From a virus (taxonomy: Duplodnaviria > Caudoviricetes), in the IMG/VR virus record IMGVR_UViG_3300020460_000014, positions 13,192 to 77,191 of that record: DNA of 64,000 bases; one strand, 5' to 3'. Numbering within the stretch: position 1 is the stretch's first letter; each line of letters begins with the position of its first letter. The notes under the pieces were generated by a model. It saw only the letters and a list, made by a program, of their open reading frames with translations. It ran no database searches and was not told the DNA's origin. This document shows, piece after piece, positions 1 through 9,560 of the stretch. The translations under genes and the position numbers were made by a program.

Positions 1-59
1 ATAGAGTGTAACAAAGGTCATGATCACAGCAGACCTTACAATCTTAGATTTATCCATAA

Positions 60-362
60 TTAGTTTTCTTCTTTATTCTTAAACGAATTTATAGGAATTC
101 TATTTTTATCGCTTAATTCCTCTATTTCTAGAGTTCTCCATGCTGGTGTATTCTTAATGATTTCAATCATTTCAGCACCGTCAATTACTTTATAATCTAT
201 TAACTTTTTAAGTGTATCTGTTTTTTGTTGAACTATTTCTATTTTAGCATCTGCTTTATCAAGCGCTCTATCTGTAGAACATGTTTTAAAATAAATTAAA
301 ATACAAAGTCCTGCAATTACCTTTGTTCCGTGACTTTCAAAAAAACTATCAAATTTGCCCAT
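60..362 (-). CDS. hypothetical protein with N-terminal hydrophobic segment
   Basis: 100-aa ORF; GATATATA motif at 390-397 upstream. Confidence 0.6.
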   Translation of the reverse strand: MGKFDSFFESHGTKVIAGLCILIYFKTCSTDRALDKADAKIEIVQQKTDTLKKLIDYKVIDGAEMIEIIKNTPAWRTLEIEELSDKNRIPINSFKNKEEN

Positions 363-397
363 CTTTAAATTTTATTATTTATTTATTTTTATATATC

Positions 398-1153
398 TTA
401 ATACCCTAATTTATTTTTAAAAGCCTTTCGGATTTCCATAAAACTTTTATAATAATTAGCAAGATCTCCCTTTGTTAAAGAAAAGCACTGTGGCATCATA
501 TCCACCTCATTTGCTATCCATATTTCTGCACCATCACATCTTAAACCAGTTCTGTCCCAATAGGCGACCCAATAGGCTGCAGTTTGTCGAAAATAGTCTT
601 GAATCCATTCTATTCTTTTTGGTTTTCTACTATTTTTATAATCTATAATAATGGTTCTACCATCTTTTAATTTTGAAACGTTATCGAGTGTTCCAGCGTA
701 TTCTCCTCCTTTAATAGTCCATAAGAATCTTTCAGCATCTATAACTTCTTCTACTCTACCAAAAAATCTACTATTATTATACCAAAATTTATCAAACATC
801 TTCCAACCTTCATTATAATAAAGTTGTCCGTTTTCCATGTGCCTAATTTCATTTATTTCAGCATCATGATCCACCATTTCTTCTAACTGCTCTCTTTTCT
901 CCATTTCAGTACCTTGCAATGGCTTATATAATTCAATAAGTCTATGCATAAGAGTTCCTCTATTCATTGAAAGCTGGCTAATTCGTTTAGCCTCTTCCTC
1001 TCCAACTTTTTGTTTCCATTTTTCTAGTCCGGACTTATCAGACATTTCTCCCATTACTGTAGTAACAGAAGGAAGTGTTGCTATTATTTCATCGCCCTTA
1101 GAAACCTGGTAAAATCGCCTTCCATTCTGATAAACTCTTTTAACTTCTTCCAT
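398..1153 (-). CDS. PD-(D/E)XK (Cas4-like) phage exonuclease
   Basis: LPSVTTV N-terminus, GTLD..IIDYKNSRKPK, 'DYFRQTAAY' typical of T4-like phage exonucleases. Confidence 0.85.
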   Translation of the reverse strand: MEEVKRVYQNGRRFYQVSKGDEIIATLPSVTTVMGEMSDKSGLEKWKQKVGEEEAKRISQLSMNRGTLMHRLIELYKPLQGTEMEKREQLEEMVDHDAEINEIRHMENGQLYYNEGWKMFDKFWYNNSRFFGRVEEVIDAERFLWTIKGGEYAGTLDNVSKLKDGRTIIIDYKNSRKPKRIEWIQDYFRQTAAYWVAYWDRTGLRCDGAEIWIANEVDMMPQCFSLTKGDLANYYKSFMEIRKAFKNKLGY

Positions 1154-1154
1154 T

Positions 1155-1643
1155 TTATAATAAGTTTGCTATAAAAGAAAAAAGATCTCCAACAATATTG
1201 TATACTATTAAAAATCTAATTAAAAGATATACTAAAAAGAAATAAGCTGAACTGTATAAGAAATGGCCTAAAATATTCAATAAATTTAGTCTATCTAAAA
1301 CTGGCCAAAATATAACTAAATAGGCTCCAGTCCCTGGAATAGGTTCTATCATTGGATAAACAATATCTGCCAGATTTAATTCTCTCATTACACTACCATA
1401 TTGGCCTAATTGTTTTAAGACATAGGCCTGCTGAACCTCTTCAGCAGCGCCTAATACCTCATCAGGAATATTTACAACCCCATAAACCCTTCCTATCCAA
1501 TCTACTCTTAAATCTTGTTCTTGTAATTTATCTCTAGATTTTTTTGCAGTATGTTGGAATATAAGCCATAATCTCATTTCCATTAAAAAATGATACCAAT
1601 ATGTAAAAGGGCGGGTGAGCCAATCCAATATGACTTTCATCAT
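1155..1643 (-). CDS. hypothetical membrane protein
   Basis: 162-aa ORF with hydrophobic C-terminal helices, tightly packed with neighbours. Confidence 0.6.
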   Translation of the reverse strand: MMKVILDWLTRPFTYWYHFLMEMRLWLIFQHTAKKSRDKLQEQDLRVDWIGRVYGVVNIPDEVLGAAEEVQQAYVLKQLGQYGSVMRELNLADIVYPMIEPIPGTGAYLVIFWPVLDRLNLLNILGHFLYSSAYFFLVYLLIRFLIVYNIVGDLFSFIANLL

Positions 1644-1649
1644 TTCTAG

Positions 1650-1829
1650 CTATTTCGATTTATTAGCCTCAGATACAGCAACTCTAACATCTTGTGCTAA
1701 AGTTTTAATGGTTTGCATACTCTTTCTAACTCGAGTTCCTGCGGATTTTACTCCTTTTTCATTAAACTTAGTAGCATCTTCTTGGATTGCTTCTAAGGTT
1801 TCTCTCATTTGATCTATTAATTCTTGCAT
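1650..1829 (-). CDS. histone H1-like (Hc1 family) nucleoid protein, 59 aa, not in ORF track
   Basis: Hand translation MQELIDQMRETLEAIQEDATKFNEKGVKSAGTRVRKSMQTIKTLAQDVRVAVSEANKSK; KGxKxAGTRxRK motif of Bacteroidota histone-H1-like proteins; promoter at 1846-1874. Confidence 0.8.
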   Translation of the reverse strand: MQELIDQMRETLEAIQEDATKFNEKGVKSAGTRVRKSMQTIKTLAQDVRVAVSEANKSK

Positions 1830-1845
1830 AATTTAAAATTTAAGT

Positions 1846-1874
1846 ATTATATATGTAATTAAAAAAATGTTTCA
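1846..1874 (-). promoter_or_regulatory. AAAC-N17-TATAAT class promoter (histone-H1-like gene)
   Basis: TGAAAC-17 nt-TATAAT. Confidence 0.7.
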
Positions 1875-1875
1875 A

Positions 1876-2019
1876 CTATTTGCTTTGATTTAACAAAGAT
1901 CTTAATTCTTTTATTCTATCAAATATTATTCTTGTTAATTCTTGAAAATCTGCTGTAGGATTTTTAAGAACGTGGAATTCTAATTCGTTTAATCTAGCCT
2001 TTATTTCATCATGCGTCAT
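1876..2019 (-). CDS. small hypothetical protein (47 aa), not in ORF track
   Basis: Hand translation MTHDEIKARLNELEFHVLKNPTADFQELTRIIFDRIKELRSLLNQSK; fills the gap between the tRNA and the H1 promoter. Confidence 0.5.
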   Translation of the reverse strand: MTHDEIKARLNELEFHVLKNPTADFQELTRIIFDRIKELRSLLNQSK

Positions 2020-2054
2020 GCATTATTTATCTAATAATTTTAGCACTTTTTAAG

Positions 2055-2522
<468 letters not shown>

Positions 2523-2523
<1 letters not shown>

Positions 2524-2810
2524 TACTTTGATAGGGCTTCTGATACCATGTTCTTAATAGACTGTGCTAAACTTTCTGAAAGTCTTGACATAGCCTCCTC
2601 TTCGGTATCACATTGATAAAATCTATAGCCTGCGTAGCTATTTATAACTTGGCTAATTTCTAATCCTTTTTCAAAACCTTCCGTTTTTATAGCTAAAAAC
2701 TCATCGCCGTCTTCATTCACTGCTAAAAAGATATTAATATCTGGATTTTCTAATTCATTAGATATTTTTTCTAATAAAACATCTAAAATATGTTTCGGTT
2801 CTTCTGCCAT
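2523..2810 (-). CDS. hypothetical protein
   Basis: 95-aa ORF; GATATATA at 2826-2833 upstream. Confidence 0.65.
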
Positions 2811-2824
2811 TTTTATAATTTTAT

Positions 2825-3052
2825 TTATATATCAAGCGTAATATTATATATCCTTTCGACTTTTTGTTTAGTCATTAATTTAGAATTTCCTACGTTATAT
2901 TCATAAGCATCTTCAGAAACTACAATATATTTATTATCAAATCCTGTTTTAATAACATAAATTAATTCTGGATTCTCTCCTAATTGATACCTCCGAACAT
3001 TACTACAAGGAACTTCTTTCCATTTATTATATCCTTTAATACTCTTCTCCAT
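2825..3052 (-). CDS. hypothetical protein
   Basis: 75-aa ORF in a packed minus-strand run. Confidence 0.55.
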   Translation of the reverse strand: MEKSIKGYNKWKEVPCSNVRRYQLGENPELIYVIKTGFDNKYIVVSEDAYEYNVGNSKLMTKQKVERIYNITLDI

Positions 3053-3281
3053 AGAGACCGTTCTTTATATCTTTTTCTAATTGAATATCTTCAATATCAT
3101 TTTCTTCTTCTTCAACAACTTCCCAAGTTAAAAAATCTCTATTTCTTTGATATTGGTCCATTGACCAACTTAAATTTGGAGTATTAAATTCTATAATCTC
3201 TGTTTCTCCATTAACGTATGTTACGTGTACCTTATAATTTTCCATTGCAGTATGTTTTATAAATTTCATTAATTTTTTCAT
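3036..3281 (-). CDS. hypothetical protein (start possibly at an internal Met)
   Basis: 81-aa ORF overlapping its neighbours. Confidence 0.5.
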   Translation of the reverse strand: MKKLMKFIKHTAMENYKVHVTYVNGETEIIEFNTPNLSWSMDQYQRNRDFLTWEVVEEEENDIEDIQLEKDIKNGLYGEEY

Positions 3282-3423
3282 CGCTCAACGTATCTAAATA
3301 CGCCTTATCTAAACCTATTTTATTCTTATCAAAATGATCATAAATCTCTGATAATTTTAAAGCCCTGATGTTTAATCTATTTAATAATTCAACATCACTT
3401 TCTGTAAAGTTTTCTTTGTTCAT
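3232..3423 (-). CDS. hypothetical protein
   Basis: 63-aa ORF directly downstream of the sigma gene. Confidence 0.5.
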   Translation of the reverse strand: MNKENFTESDVELLNRLNIRALKLSEIYDHFDKNKIGLDKAYLDTLSDEKINEIYKTYCNGKL

Positions 3424-3433
3424 TTTTTTAATT

Positions 3434-4030
3434 TTATAGCGTTTCAGCGATTAACATTTTACCTCTACGAATACGATTCTTTACAGTTTGAAGATTTACT
3501 CCATATTTTTCTGCGATATCTTCGTATTTCATATTATTTAATAATCTATCTTCAATAATACCTTTATACATTGGCTTAAGATCTTTAATGGACCTAAGAG
3601 CAGTTTCATATTGATTCATGATGTAGTTATCTTCCTCAATAAAGTCGTCTTCTGTTTTTAATTCTATATCCATTAAAAGTCCAGCTGCTGTAGCATTAGC
3701 AACTCTACCTTCACTGATTTGAAGACCGTTTTCTCTTAAATAATCAAGTGAAGATTTTTTATTTCTATCTTTAATTGCGTGTAAAGATTCGTTGAAAGCA
3801 ATCTTATAGAGCCAAGTTGTAATTTGATACTTAGGATCATATTGATCAATTTTAGTCCATAACTTGACCAATACATTAGATAAAATATCATCTGCCATTT
3901 CGCCGTCTTTTACCATTTTAAAAATGTAACTTTTAAGACCTGGCTTAACTCTGAGATACAATTTATTATAATCAGATTCTGAACGGGTTTTTAAGAAATT
4001 TTCTGCAAGTTCTCTATAAGATGTTTTCAT
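3434..4030 (-). CDS. ECF-type sigma-70 factor
   Basis: Region 2 'DDILSNVLVKLW..IDQYD..YQITTWLYKIAFN', region 4 'MKYEDIAEKYGVNLQTVKNRIRRGK'. Confidence 0.92.
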   Translation of the reverse strand: MKTSYRELAENFLKTRSESDYNKLYLRVKPGLKSYIFKMVKDGEMADDILSNVLVKLWTKIDQYDPKYQITTWLYKIAFNESLHAIKDRNKKSSLDYLRENGLQISEGRVANATAAGLLMDIELKTEDDFIEEDNYIMNQYETALRSIKDLKPMYKGIIEDRLLNNMKYEDIAEKYGVNLQTVKNRIRRGKMLIAETL

Positions 4031-4050
4031 AAGCTTTTATTTTTTTTTAA

Positions 4051-4110
4051 TTATAATATAAATATAAACAAAATCCTTGATATAAAAAAATCCGGTGCAA
4101 AGTTTTTTTT
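4051..4110 (-). promoter_or_regulatory. putative early promoter, copy 1 of a conserved ~55-bp element
   Basis: Plus-strand AAATATAAACAAAATCCTTGATATAAAAAAATCCGGTGCAAAG, shared with 13433, 14385 and 35241. Confidence 0.7.
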
Positions 4111-4117
4111 AAAAAAG

Positions 4118-4651
4118 TTAACTTTTTTCTATTTCACCTATTAAACCTATAATAGAAGCTATATTCTGTGGTTTAAAATTACATTGATCAACCGAGCAGT
4201 TTATTCTTTTATTTTTAGGATTTGTTTTATATTTTCTATTTGGATATCCAACTATATTGTAATATCCTTTGTTTTTGTTTTGCCATTCTTGTAATGGCCA
4301 ATATGACAAAATAGAATTAATTTCTTGCTGAGCATGCAAATCTGAACATATTTTTACTCTATTTTGTAAATTATTTTTAGATTTTAAATCTATTAAACAT
4401 TCATCATTTTCAGCTAAAATAAAATAAATTGTTTTGCCTTTTAACGCTAAAAGTGAATCGTATGCTGTTTTAGGATCCCATGCAAAATTACCAAGATGAT
4501 AAACGATATCGTTTGGTCCAACAACTTCGTTCCAGTTTTGGATAAGTTGTTTTGTCATTTGATCCACACTAGAAAACGGCCTTTTCCATTTTCCAATGGC
4601 AGAAGGCCTGCCTAGTTGCATATTACTTGTAATAAATATCTTCCTTTCCAT
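4118..4651 (-). CDS. calcineurin-like metallophosphoesterase homolog with degenerate metal ligands
   Basis: 'RPFSSVDQM..LIQNWNEVV..DIVYHLGNF' family pattern, but SDxH->SNMQ, GD->GN, GNHD->AEND. Confidence 0.75.
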   Translation of the reverse strand: MERKIFITSNMQLGRPSAIGKWKRPFSSVDQMTKQLIQNWNEVVGPNDIVYHLGNFAWDPKTAYDSLLALKGKTIYFILAENDECLIDLKSKNNLQNRVKICSDLHAQQEINSILSYWPLQEWQNKNKGYYNIVGYPNRKYKTNPKNKRINCSVDQCNFKPQNIASIIGLIGEIEKS

Positions 4652-5187
4652 TAAACTACTATAAATTTAATATTGTACCTATTCCAAAGGTCTTCTACTA
4701 ATTTATCTTCTTTAATACTTTTACTACAATTTTTAATTTTACCATCACGGCTTATATCTATGAAAAGATATAATACAAAGTCATAATTTGTTGAATAAAT
4801 AAGAGATTGTCCTAAACCTGATCTTAAACTTCCTCCACTCTCTCCTCTTTTAAACTCAATTGCAATATTTAGTCCATTCATTTCTAAAACCATATCTGGC
4901 CTATTCATTGTTCCCATAAAAAGGGTATGATGGACTGTTGTGTTTACATTGCCTTCCCATTTAAGATTCTTTTTTACAAATTCTCTAGCCTTTACTTTAT
5001 CTCCACCTTTTCTTTCGTGAATATAATTTGTTAGAGCATCTACAATGTAAGGATATGTAAATTGCTTAATTTGTTCCTCTGACTGATTTTTATAATTAAT
5101 TGTATTAAAAATCTCTTCATGGGTTAAAGCCTCAGAAACTATATCTAATAATTCTAACCTAACTTTGCTTTTAGTTGCCTGTTTCAT
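4651..5187 (-). CDS. restriction-endonuclease-like PD-(D/E)XK protein
   Basis: 'RPDMVL...IAIEFK' followed by 'LGQSLIY'. Confidence 0.55.
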   Translation of the reverse strand: MKQATKSKVRLELLDIVSEALTHEEIFNTINYKNQSEEQIKQFTYPYIVDALTNYIHERKGGDKVKAREFVKKNLKWEGNVNTTVHHTLFMGTMNRPDMVLEMNGLNIAIEFKRGESGGSLRSGLGQSLIYSTNYDFVLYLFIDISRDGKIKNCSKSIKEDKLVEDLWNRYNIKFIVV

Positions 5188-5707
5188 TTTCTGCTGTTTC
5201 TAGAGTTGGTTCTACTTCTTCAGTGTTTTCTAAAGAATCAATATTTACATCAATGTCTCTTAATCTAACGTGTAAATCTGATATTTTTTTATTAGATTCA
5301 CCAAGTTCTTGCATTGCCTCTGTAACAGATTGACCGACTAGGGTTAACATTCTTACAAATTTTCTAGCATTTTCAACGCCAGTTCCTTGAACATTTAAAA
5401 GAGCTTGATAAAGTCCATTTAACTCATATGCTTTAAGTTCTAAATTTGGAATGTAATCTTTATTCTCCTTTAATTCTTCAGTAATTCTTGTCTTTTCAGT
5501 CTTTAACTTATCGTTTAAAGTAACAATAATGGCAGCATTTTTAGTAGTCCAAGTATATCCTTTATTAAGATGATCTCGAATTGTATTGATCATTTTAACA
5601 TCTTCAATTTCTACATTAAAAATTCTACTTGCTTCTTCTTTTTGTAATTCTGTAGCCTGTTTTTCTAAATCAGTTCTTTCAAGCTTTAATTCATCTAGTT
5701 TTGACAT
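5171..5707 (-). CDS. coiled-coil hypothetical protein
   Basis: 178-aa heptad-rich ORF; GATATATA at 5738-5745. Confidence 0.65.
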   Translation of the reverse strand: MSKLDELKLERTDLEKQATELQKEEASRIFNVEIEDVKMINTIRDHLNKGYTWTTKNAAIIVTLNDKLKTEKTRITEELKENKDYIPNLELKAYELNGLYQALLNVQGTGVENARKFVRMLTLVGQSVTEAMQELGESNKKISDLHVRLRDIDVNIDSLENTEEVEPTLETAENETGN

Positions 5708-5746
5708 TTATTCTATTTTAAAAAGTTAACTATTAATTATATATCT

Positions 5747-6220
5747 TTAAAATTCAGGATTAGTAATCCTTAAATCATATTCTTTAAAATTTGTAAATTG
5801 TATTTGATCGGCCTCGAATCTTCTAGGAATAGAATCATTTTTATCATCTCTCAACATCAATCGAGTTAATCTGGTTGTTGAGTCTATATCTAAATAAATT
5901 ACAACGCATTCATCCTTTACTTCTTCTGGCAAAAGATAAAGTCCTTCTGGTGACATTATTAATATATCGCTAGAATGAAACTCTTCTTTTGTTAAACCAT
6001 ACTTCCAACCTTTAAATTCCATATATTCCATCATTTTACCATCTTCTAATAACTCGACGAACTTTTCATCAGTTACATAATGGTAATCAAATCCTTCTTT
6101 TTCATTTTTTCTAGGTGATCTGGTAGTATGGCTAACTCCACATTTAAATCCTTTATCTAATAATCTATTTTTGAAATAATCTTTTCCGGCTGCTGCCTTT
6201 CCTACTAATATAATCTTCAT
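5747..6220 (-). CDS. gmk: guanylate kinase
   Basis: P-loop GKAAAGKD, 'SHTTRSPRKNEKEGFDYHYV', 'EFKGWKYG'. Confidence 0.9.
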   Translation of the reverse strand: MKIILVGKAAAGKDYFKNRLLDKGFKCGVSHTTRSPRKNEKEGFDYHYVTDEKFVELLEDGKMMEYMEFKGWKYGLTKEEFHSSDILIMSPEGLYLLPEEVKDECVVIYLDIDSTTRLTRLMLRDDKNDSIPRRFEADQIQFTNFKEYDLRITNPEF

Positions 6221-6243
6221 TTAAAAATAATTAAAAATTTAGT

Positions 6244-6272
6244 ATTATATAAGTATTTTAAGAATTGTTTCA
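6244..6272 (-). promoter_or_regulatory. AAAC-N17-TATAAT class promoter (gmk)
   Basis: TGAAAC-17 nt-TATAAT. Confidence 0.7.
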
Positions 6273-7463
6273 CATTCCTACAATACTAAAAATATCTTCT
6301 GTATCAAATTTAGGGACCTCTCCATCGATAAGCCTGAGAGATTCTACACTGTTTATAATATTAGAAGGGGACATACCATCTGCTGAATATCTATTAAAAA
6401 GTTCTATTATAGTTTCTAAGGCTTCTGGGCCTCCTCCTATTCCATAATAGATTTTAGATGCTATCCATTTTCTAAGTAGATTATGCATCCATCCTTGATC
6501 TTTAAGCATTTTTACAACCTCATTAATATTATTATTTGGAGTGAGTTCTTCAAATACTTGCATTTTAGTAAATTCAGCTGGGAAGGTTACTTCTGTTAAA
6601 TTAATAATGGAATCTTTATCTAAAATTAATTCTGCCCATTCTAAAACATCATCGTATGGTTGTAATCCAAAAGATCTTGCCTTAATTATGTCTATTTCTC
6701 TTTTTGCAAGCTTTCTTAAAGGTTCTAAATGCCAAATTTCTCCATCTATTCTATCGTATAATGAGGTTGTCAAGATTTGATAGACTAAAATTCCTTGGTC
6801 GATTATTCCATGTTGTAAATGGCCAGAAACTCTAAAAGTTCCATCAAGTTTTAATTTGGTTTGATTATAAACTGCCATTACAGTTAAAAATCGATTTACG
6901 GTCGGATCCGATTCTCCAAGATCGAAAGAGGCGTTTTTATCTAATAATTGGAATTTCTCTCCTACAAGATTTATTCCCTGGGCAGCCTCTGTTGAACTTA
7001 CAATGTTTCCATATTCTATGTAATTTTCAATCCAATATTGAGTTCTATTTTTTGGATCCATTTCTTTACAACTAGGATCATAAATATCAGAATCTACAAA
7101 TTCTATTTTACAATTTATTTTTTTAACATCGATACTATTTGGAAAATTAAACAAAGGCTTATCAATAATAACTTTGTCATATCCGTGCATTTCTATTAAT
7201 GTGTTAATATGGGCAACAGGATCCTCTTCTTTAAAAACAGAAAGACTATATCCTAATTCTTCTAACGTATTTGAAAATACTGAGAAGCCATATCTAAAAA
7301 AATATTCAATATCTGTTTTTGTATTTTTTTGTATTAATCTGTAATCATCGTCATAATAATATGGACTATAATACACAAAAGAAACCTCATTACAAGCAGT
7401 TGCTCTACTAAAAAGTTTAGATTGAGTTCTTAGTGTATGTGTTACCCAAATTAATACCCTCAT
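6270..7463 (-). CDS. divergent DNA photolyase/cryptochrome-family protein
   Basis: N-terminal 'LIWVTHTLR', 'SGHLQHGII', FAD-domain 'GWMHNLLRKWIAS', 'ADGMSPSN'. Confidence 0.7.
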   Translation of the reverse strand: MRVLIWVTHTLRTQSKLFSRATACNEVSFVYYSPYYYDDDYRLIQKNTKTDIEYFFRYGFSVFSNTLEELGYSLSVFKEEDPVAHINTLIEMHGYDKVIIDKPLFNFPNSIDVKKINCKIEFVDSDIYDPSCKEMDPKNRTQYWIENYIEYGNIVSSTEAAQGINLVGEKFQLLDKNASFDLGESDPTVNRFLTVMAVYNQTKLKLDGTFRVSGHLQHGIIDQGILVYQILTTSLYDRIDGEIWHLEPLRKLAKREIDIIKARSFGLQPYDDVLEWAELILDKDSIINLTEVTFPAEFTKMQVFEELTPNNNINEVVKMLKDQGWMHNLLRKWIASKIYYGIGGGPEALETIIELFNRYSADGMSPSNIINSVESLRLIDGEVPKFDTEDIFSIVGM

Positions 7464-8068
7464 AATTCTATATATTTTTTAATCCATAGAATTGGCCAAG
7501 TTGACGCGTGCCAGTTGTTCCATAACTCTTTTCTTTCAGGATGCCATTGAACTAGCATTATCTTATTTCCAATAGCGCATTCAATAACACTATCCCATTC
7601 AGAATATAGTTCAGGTTCTAATTCAACTGACAAAATACTGCAATGTTGGTGATGCCTTGAGTTAACTTTAAAATTAACGTCATCACATATTGAATAAACT
7701 TTATGATATGCGCTTTCTTTTCTTGAGGTATCTTCGTTTATTACACTATTATCTATAGCATGCGTTCTTTCATGTTTTTCCATAATATCTTCAACAACAC
7801 CTCCTAAATGCCAATTAACCAATTGCATTCCTCTACATATTCCCAAGATCGGCAAGTCCATAGAAAGTGCCTGATCTATTAACATTCTTTCAAATTTATC
7901 TCTTTTTGGAACTGTGCCTACATCAGCACCTCCACATAATAAAAGGGCTCCTACAATTTCAGCATCTTCTTCTGTTAAAATTTTATACCCAAGTCCATTT
8001 CTTTCTACCCAAGCAATATATACTTTTAACTTTTCTTCGTTTACCGGTGGGGCAATACTTATTATCAT
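7460..8068 (-). CDS. class I glutamine amidotransferase, peptidase C26 (PuuD-like) family
   Basis: LLLCGGAD, PILGICRGMQL, VNSRHHQ, VQWHPE catalytic triad motifs. Confidence 0.9.
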   Translation of the reverse strand: MIISIAPPVNEEKLKVYIAWVERNGLGYKILTEEDAEIVGALLLCGGADVGTVPKRDKFERMLIDQALSMDLPILGICRGMQLVNWHLGGVVEDIMEKHERTHAIDNSVINEDTSRKESAYHKVYSICDDVNFKVNSRHHQHCSILSVELEPELYSEWDSVIECAIGNKIMLVQWHPERKELWNNWHASTWPILWIKKYIEL

Positions 8069-8073
8069 AATTT

Positions 8074-8484
8074 TTAGAATATTTCATCTATTATTTTTTT
8101 AATAAGTTTATTTAAATTCTCTTTATCTTCATTTCTTAAAATTTCAGCCTTTTCTATTAAAATTCGATTCATTTGGAGTTCATCTTCATTAAGATTATCA
8201 GTCATTTCCCATTGTTCAAAAGACTCTCCGTCTATTTCAATATCTTCTGAATATTTTGAATTATTTTTAAATCTAAACCCTACGACTTCTAAATATATGT
8301 CGCTTTCTAATCTTTCAATAGTTTCTAAGACCGCAATGTAGTCATTGCTATTACATTTTAATAATGATTGCTTTATATTTTCTTTAGTGAATTCTCTTGA
8401 AGGTTTCATCGACTTAGATAAATCTAAACAAAGTATTTTTCTCAGTCTAAATATATTTTTAATATAGTTAATAAAACCCATCAA
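8074..8484 (-). CDS. hypothetical protein
   Basis: 136-aa ORF. Confidence 0.55.
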   Translation of the reverse strand: MMGFINYIKNIFRLRKILCLDLSKSMKPSREFTKENIKQSLLKCNSNDYIAVLETIERLESDIYLEVVGFRFKNNSKYSEDIEIDGESFEQWEMTDNLNEDELQMNRILIEKAEILRNEDKENLNKLIKKIIDEIF

Positions 8485-8575
8485 AATAAACCTTATTTTT
8501 TAGATATTTATTTTGATATTGCCTAGAAAATAGTGAAATTTAACAACAATAATATACTCTAATATTATGTGTTTA

Positions 8576-8779
8576 TTAATGAGTTTCAGAATCTGTAAAT
8601 ATCGAGTACCAATTTTTTATTTTGTGAACTTCTTCAGCATCTTTCCATACTAAAGACTCTCCATATTTCTTTAAGAATTCTTCTTCGTTTTCTAGAAAAA
8701 GATCAGCCTGCTCTTTAGTTAAAATTGCCTCCTTGAGATTAACTTCTTTTATATACTCTGTTTTAAGCAACTTTATCAT
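8576..8779 (-). CDS. hypothetical protein
   Basis: 67-aa ORF overlapping the GH16 stop. Confidence 0.5.
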   Translation of the reverse strand: MIKLLKTEYIKEVNLKEAILTKEQADLFLENEEEFLKKYGESLVWKDAEEVHKIKNWYSIFTDSETH

Positions 8780-9555
8780 TTTGTAGAATGTTTAGTATAT
8801 TTAAAATAATTTATTATAAATTTAGATCTTGTTGGATTATCCTCATCAACTCCCCAATCTACTGCATTATTTATAATAACGTTCATTTTATGGCCTTTCA
8901 AGCTTTCCATTATTTTTGGATCTGTGATTTCTCTTACTAATCTATCGTTATAATATATTTTTATATAATCCTCAGTCCAATCACAGCCATATTTGATAAA
9001 GTGTTTGCTAGGATCTTTAAAGCCCATCCAATGAGATTTTGCACCAATACTATAATTATCTGGCATTTTTCCTAAATGAACATTAGTGTTTACATGCCAA
9101 AAACCTAATGGATTTCTTAAGTCAATTCTAAAATAACCTTTTCTCTTTTTTGTGTAACCTTCAAATATATCAATTTCTGGAGGCCATGAACTAAATGACC
9201 ACATCCAAAAGGCCGGCCATAAATACTTTCCTTTTGGTAATTTTGCCTCTATTTCAAAATATCCATAATCAAATGGAGTTGTGCATGATACCAATCCTAC
9301 ACCAATTGTACTACTAACATCTAATTTTTTAAAATGTTTAAAATTATAATGGGTCTTTAATATTAACTGATCCTTGTCGTTTATCTCTACTGCCGTAGAA
9401 TCGTACCATTGAAAGGTTTTTTCTGGATGAATAGCACCCCACCTTTCTTCAGTCAACCATTTATAACCGGACCAGTTTATTGTTTCCATATTCTTTTTAT
9501 TTGGTATTAAATTTATTGAAATAAGTAATAAGCTAAATAATAAAGTACTTATCAT
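8776..9555 (-). CDS. glycoside hydrolase family 16 (laminarinase-like), signal peptide
   Basis: YGYFEIEAKLP, WPAFWM, catalytic EIDIFE; hydrophobic N-terminus. Confidence 0.9.
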   Translation of the reverse strand: MISTLLFSLLLISINLIPNKKNMETINWSGYKWLTEERWGAIHPEKTFQWYDSTAVEINDKDQLILKTHYNFKHFKKLDVSSTIGVGLVSCTTPFDYGYFEIEAKLPKGKYLWPAFWMWSFSSWPPEIDIFEGYTKKRKGYFRIDLRNPLGFWHVNTNVHLGKMPDNYSIGAKSHWMGFKDPSKHFIKYGCDWTEDYIKIYYNDRLVREITDPKIMESLKGHKMNVIINNAVDWGVDEDNPTRSKFIINYFKYTKHSTK

Positions 9556-9560
9556 TATAT

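Noticed and set aside
398-1153. Cas4-like nuclease as evidence of a CRISPR system
   Set aside because: Stand-alone PD-(D/E)XK exonucleases are common in T4-like phages; there is no array or other cas gene.
8548-8576. ATAAAC...TATTAT as a ninth middle-class promoter
   Set aside because: Spacer is 16 nt and both hexamers deviate from the other eight copies.
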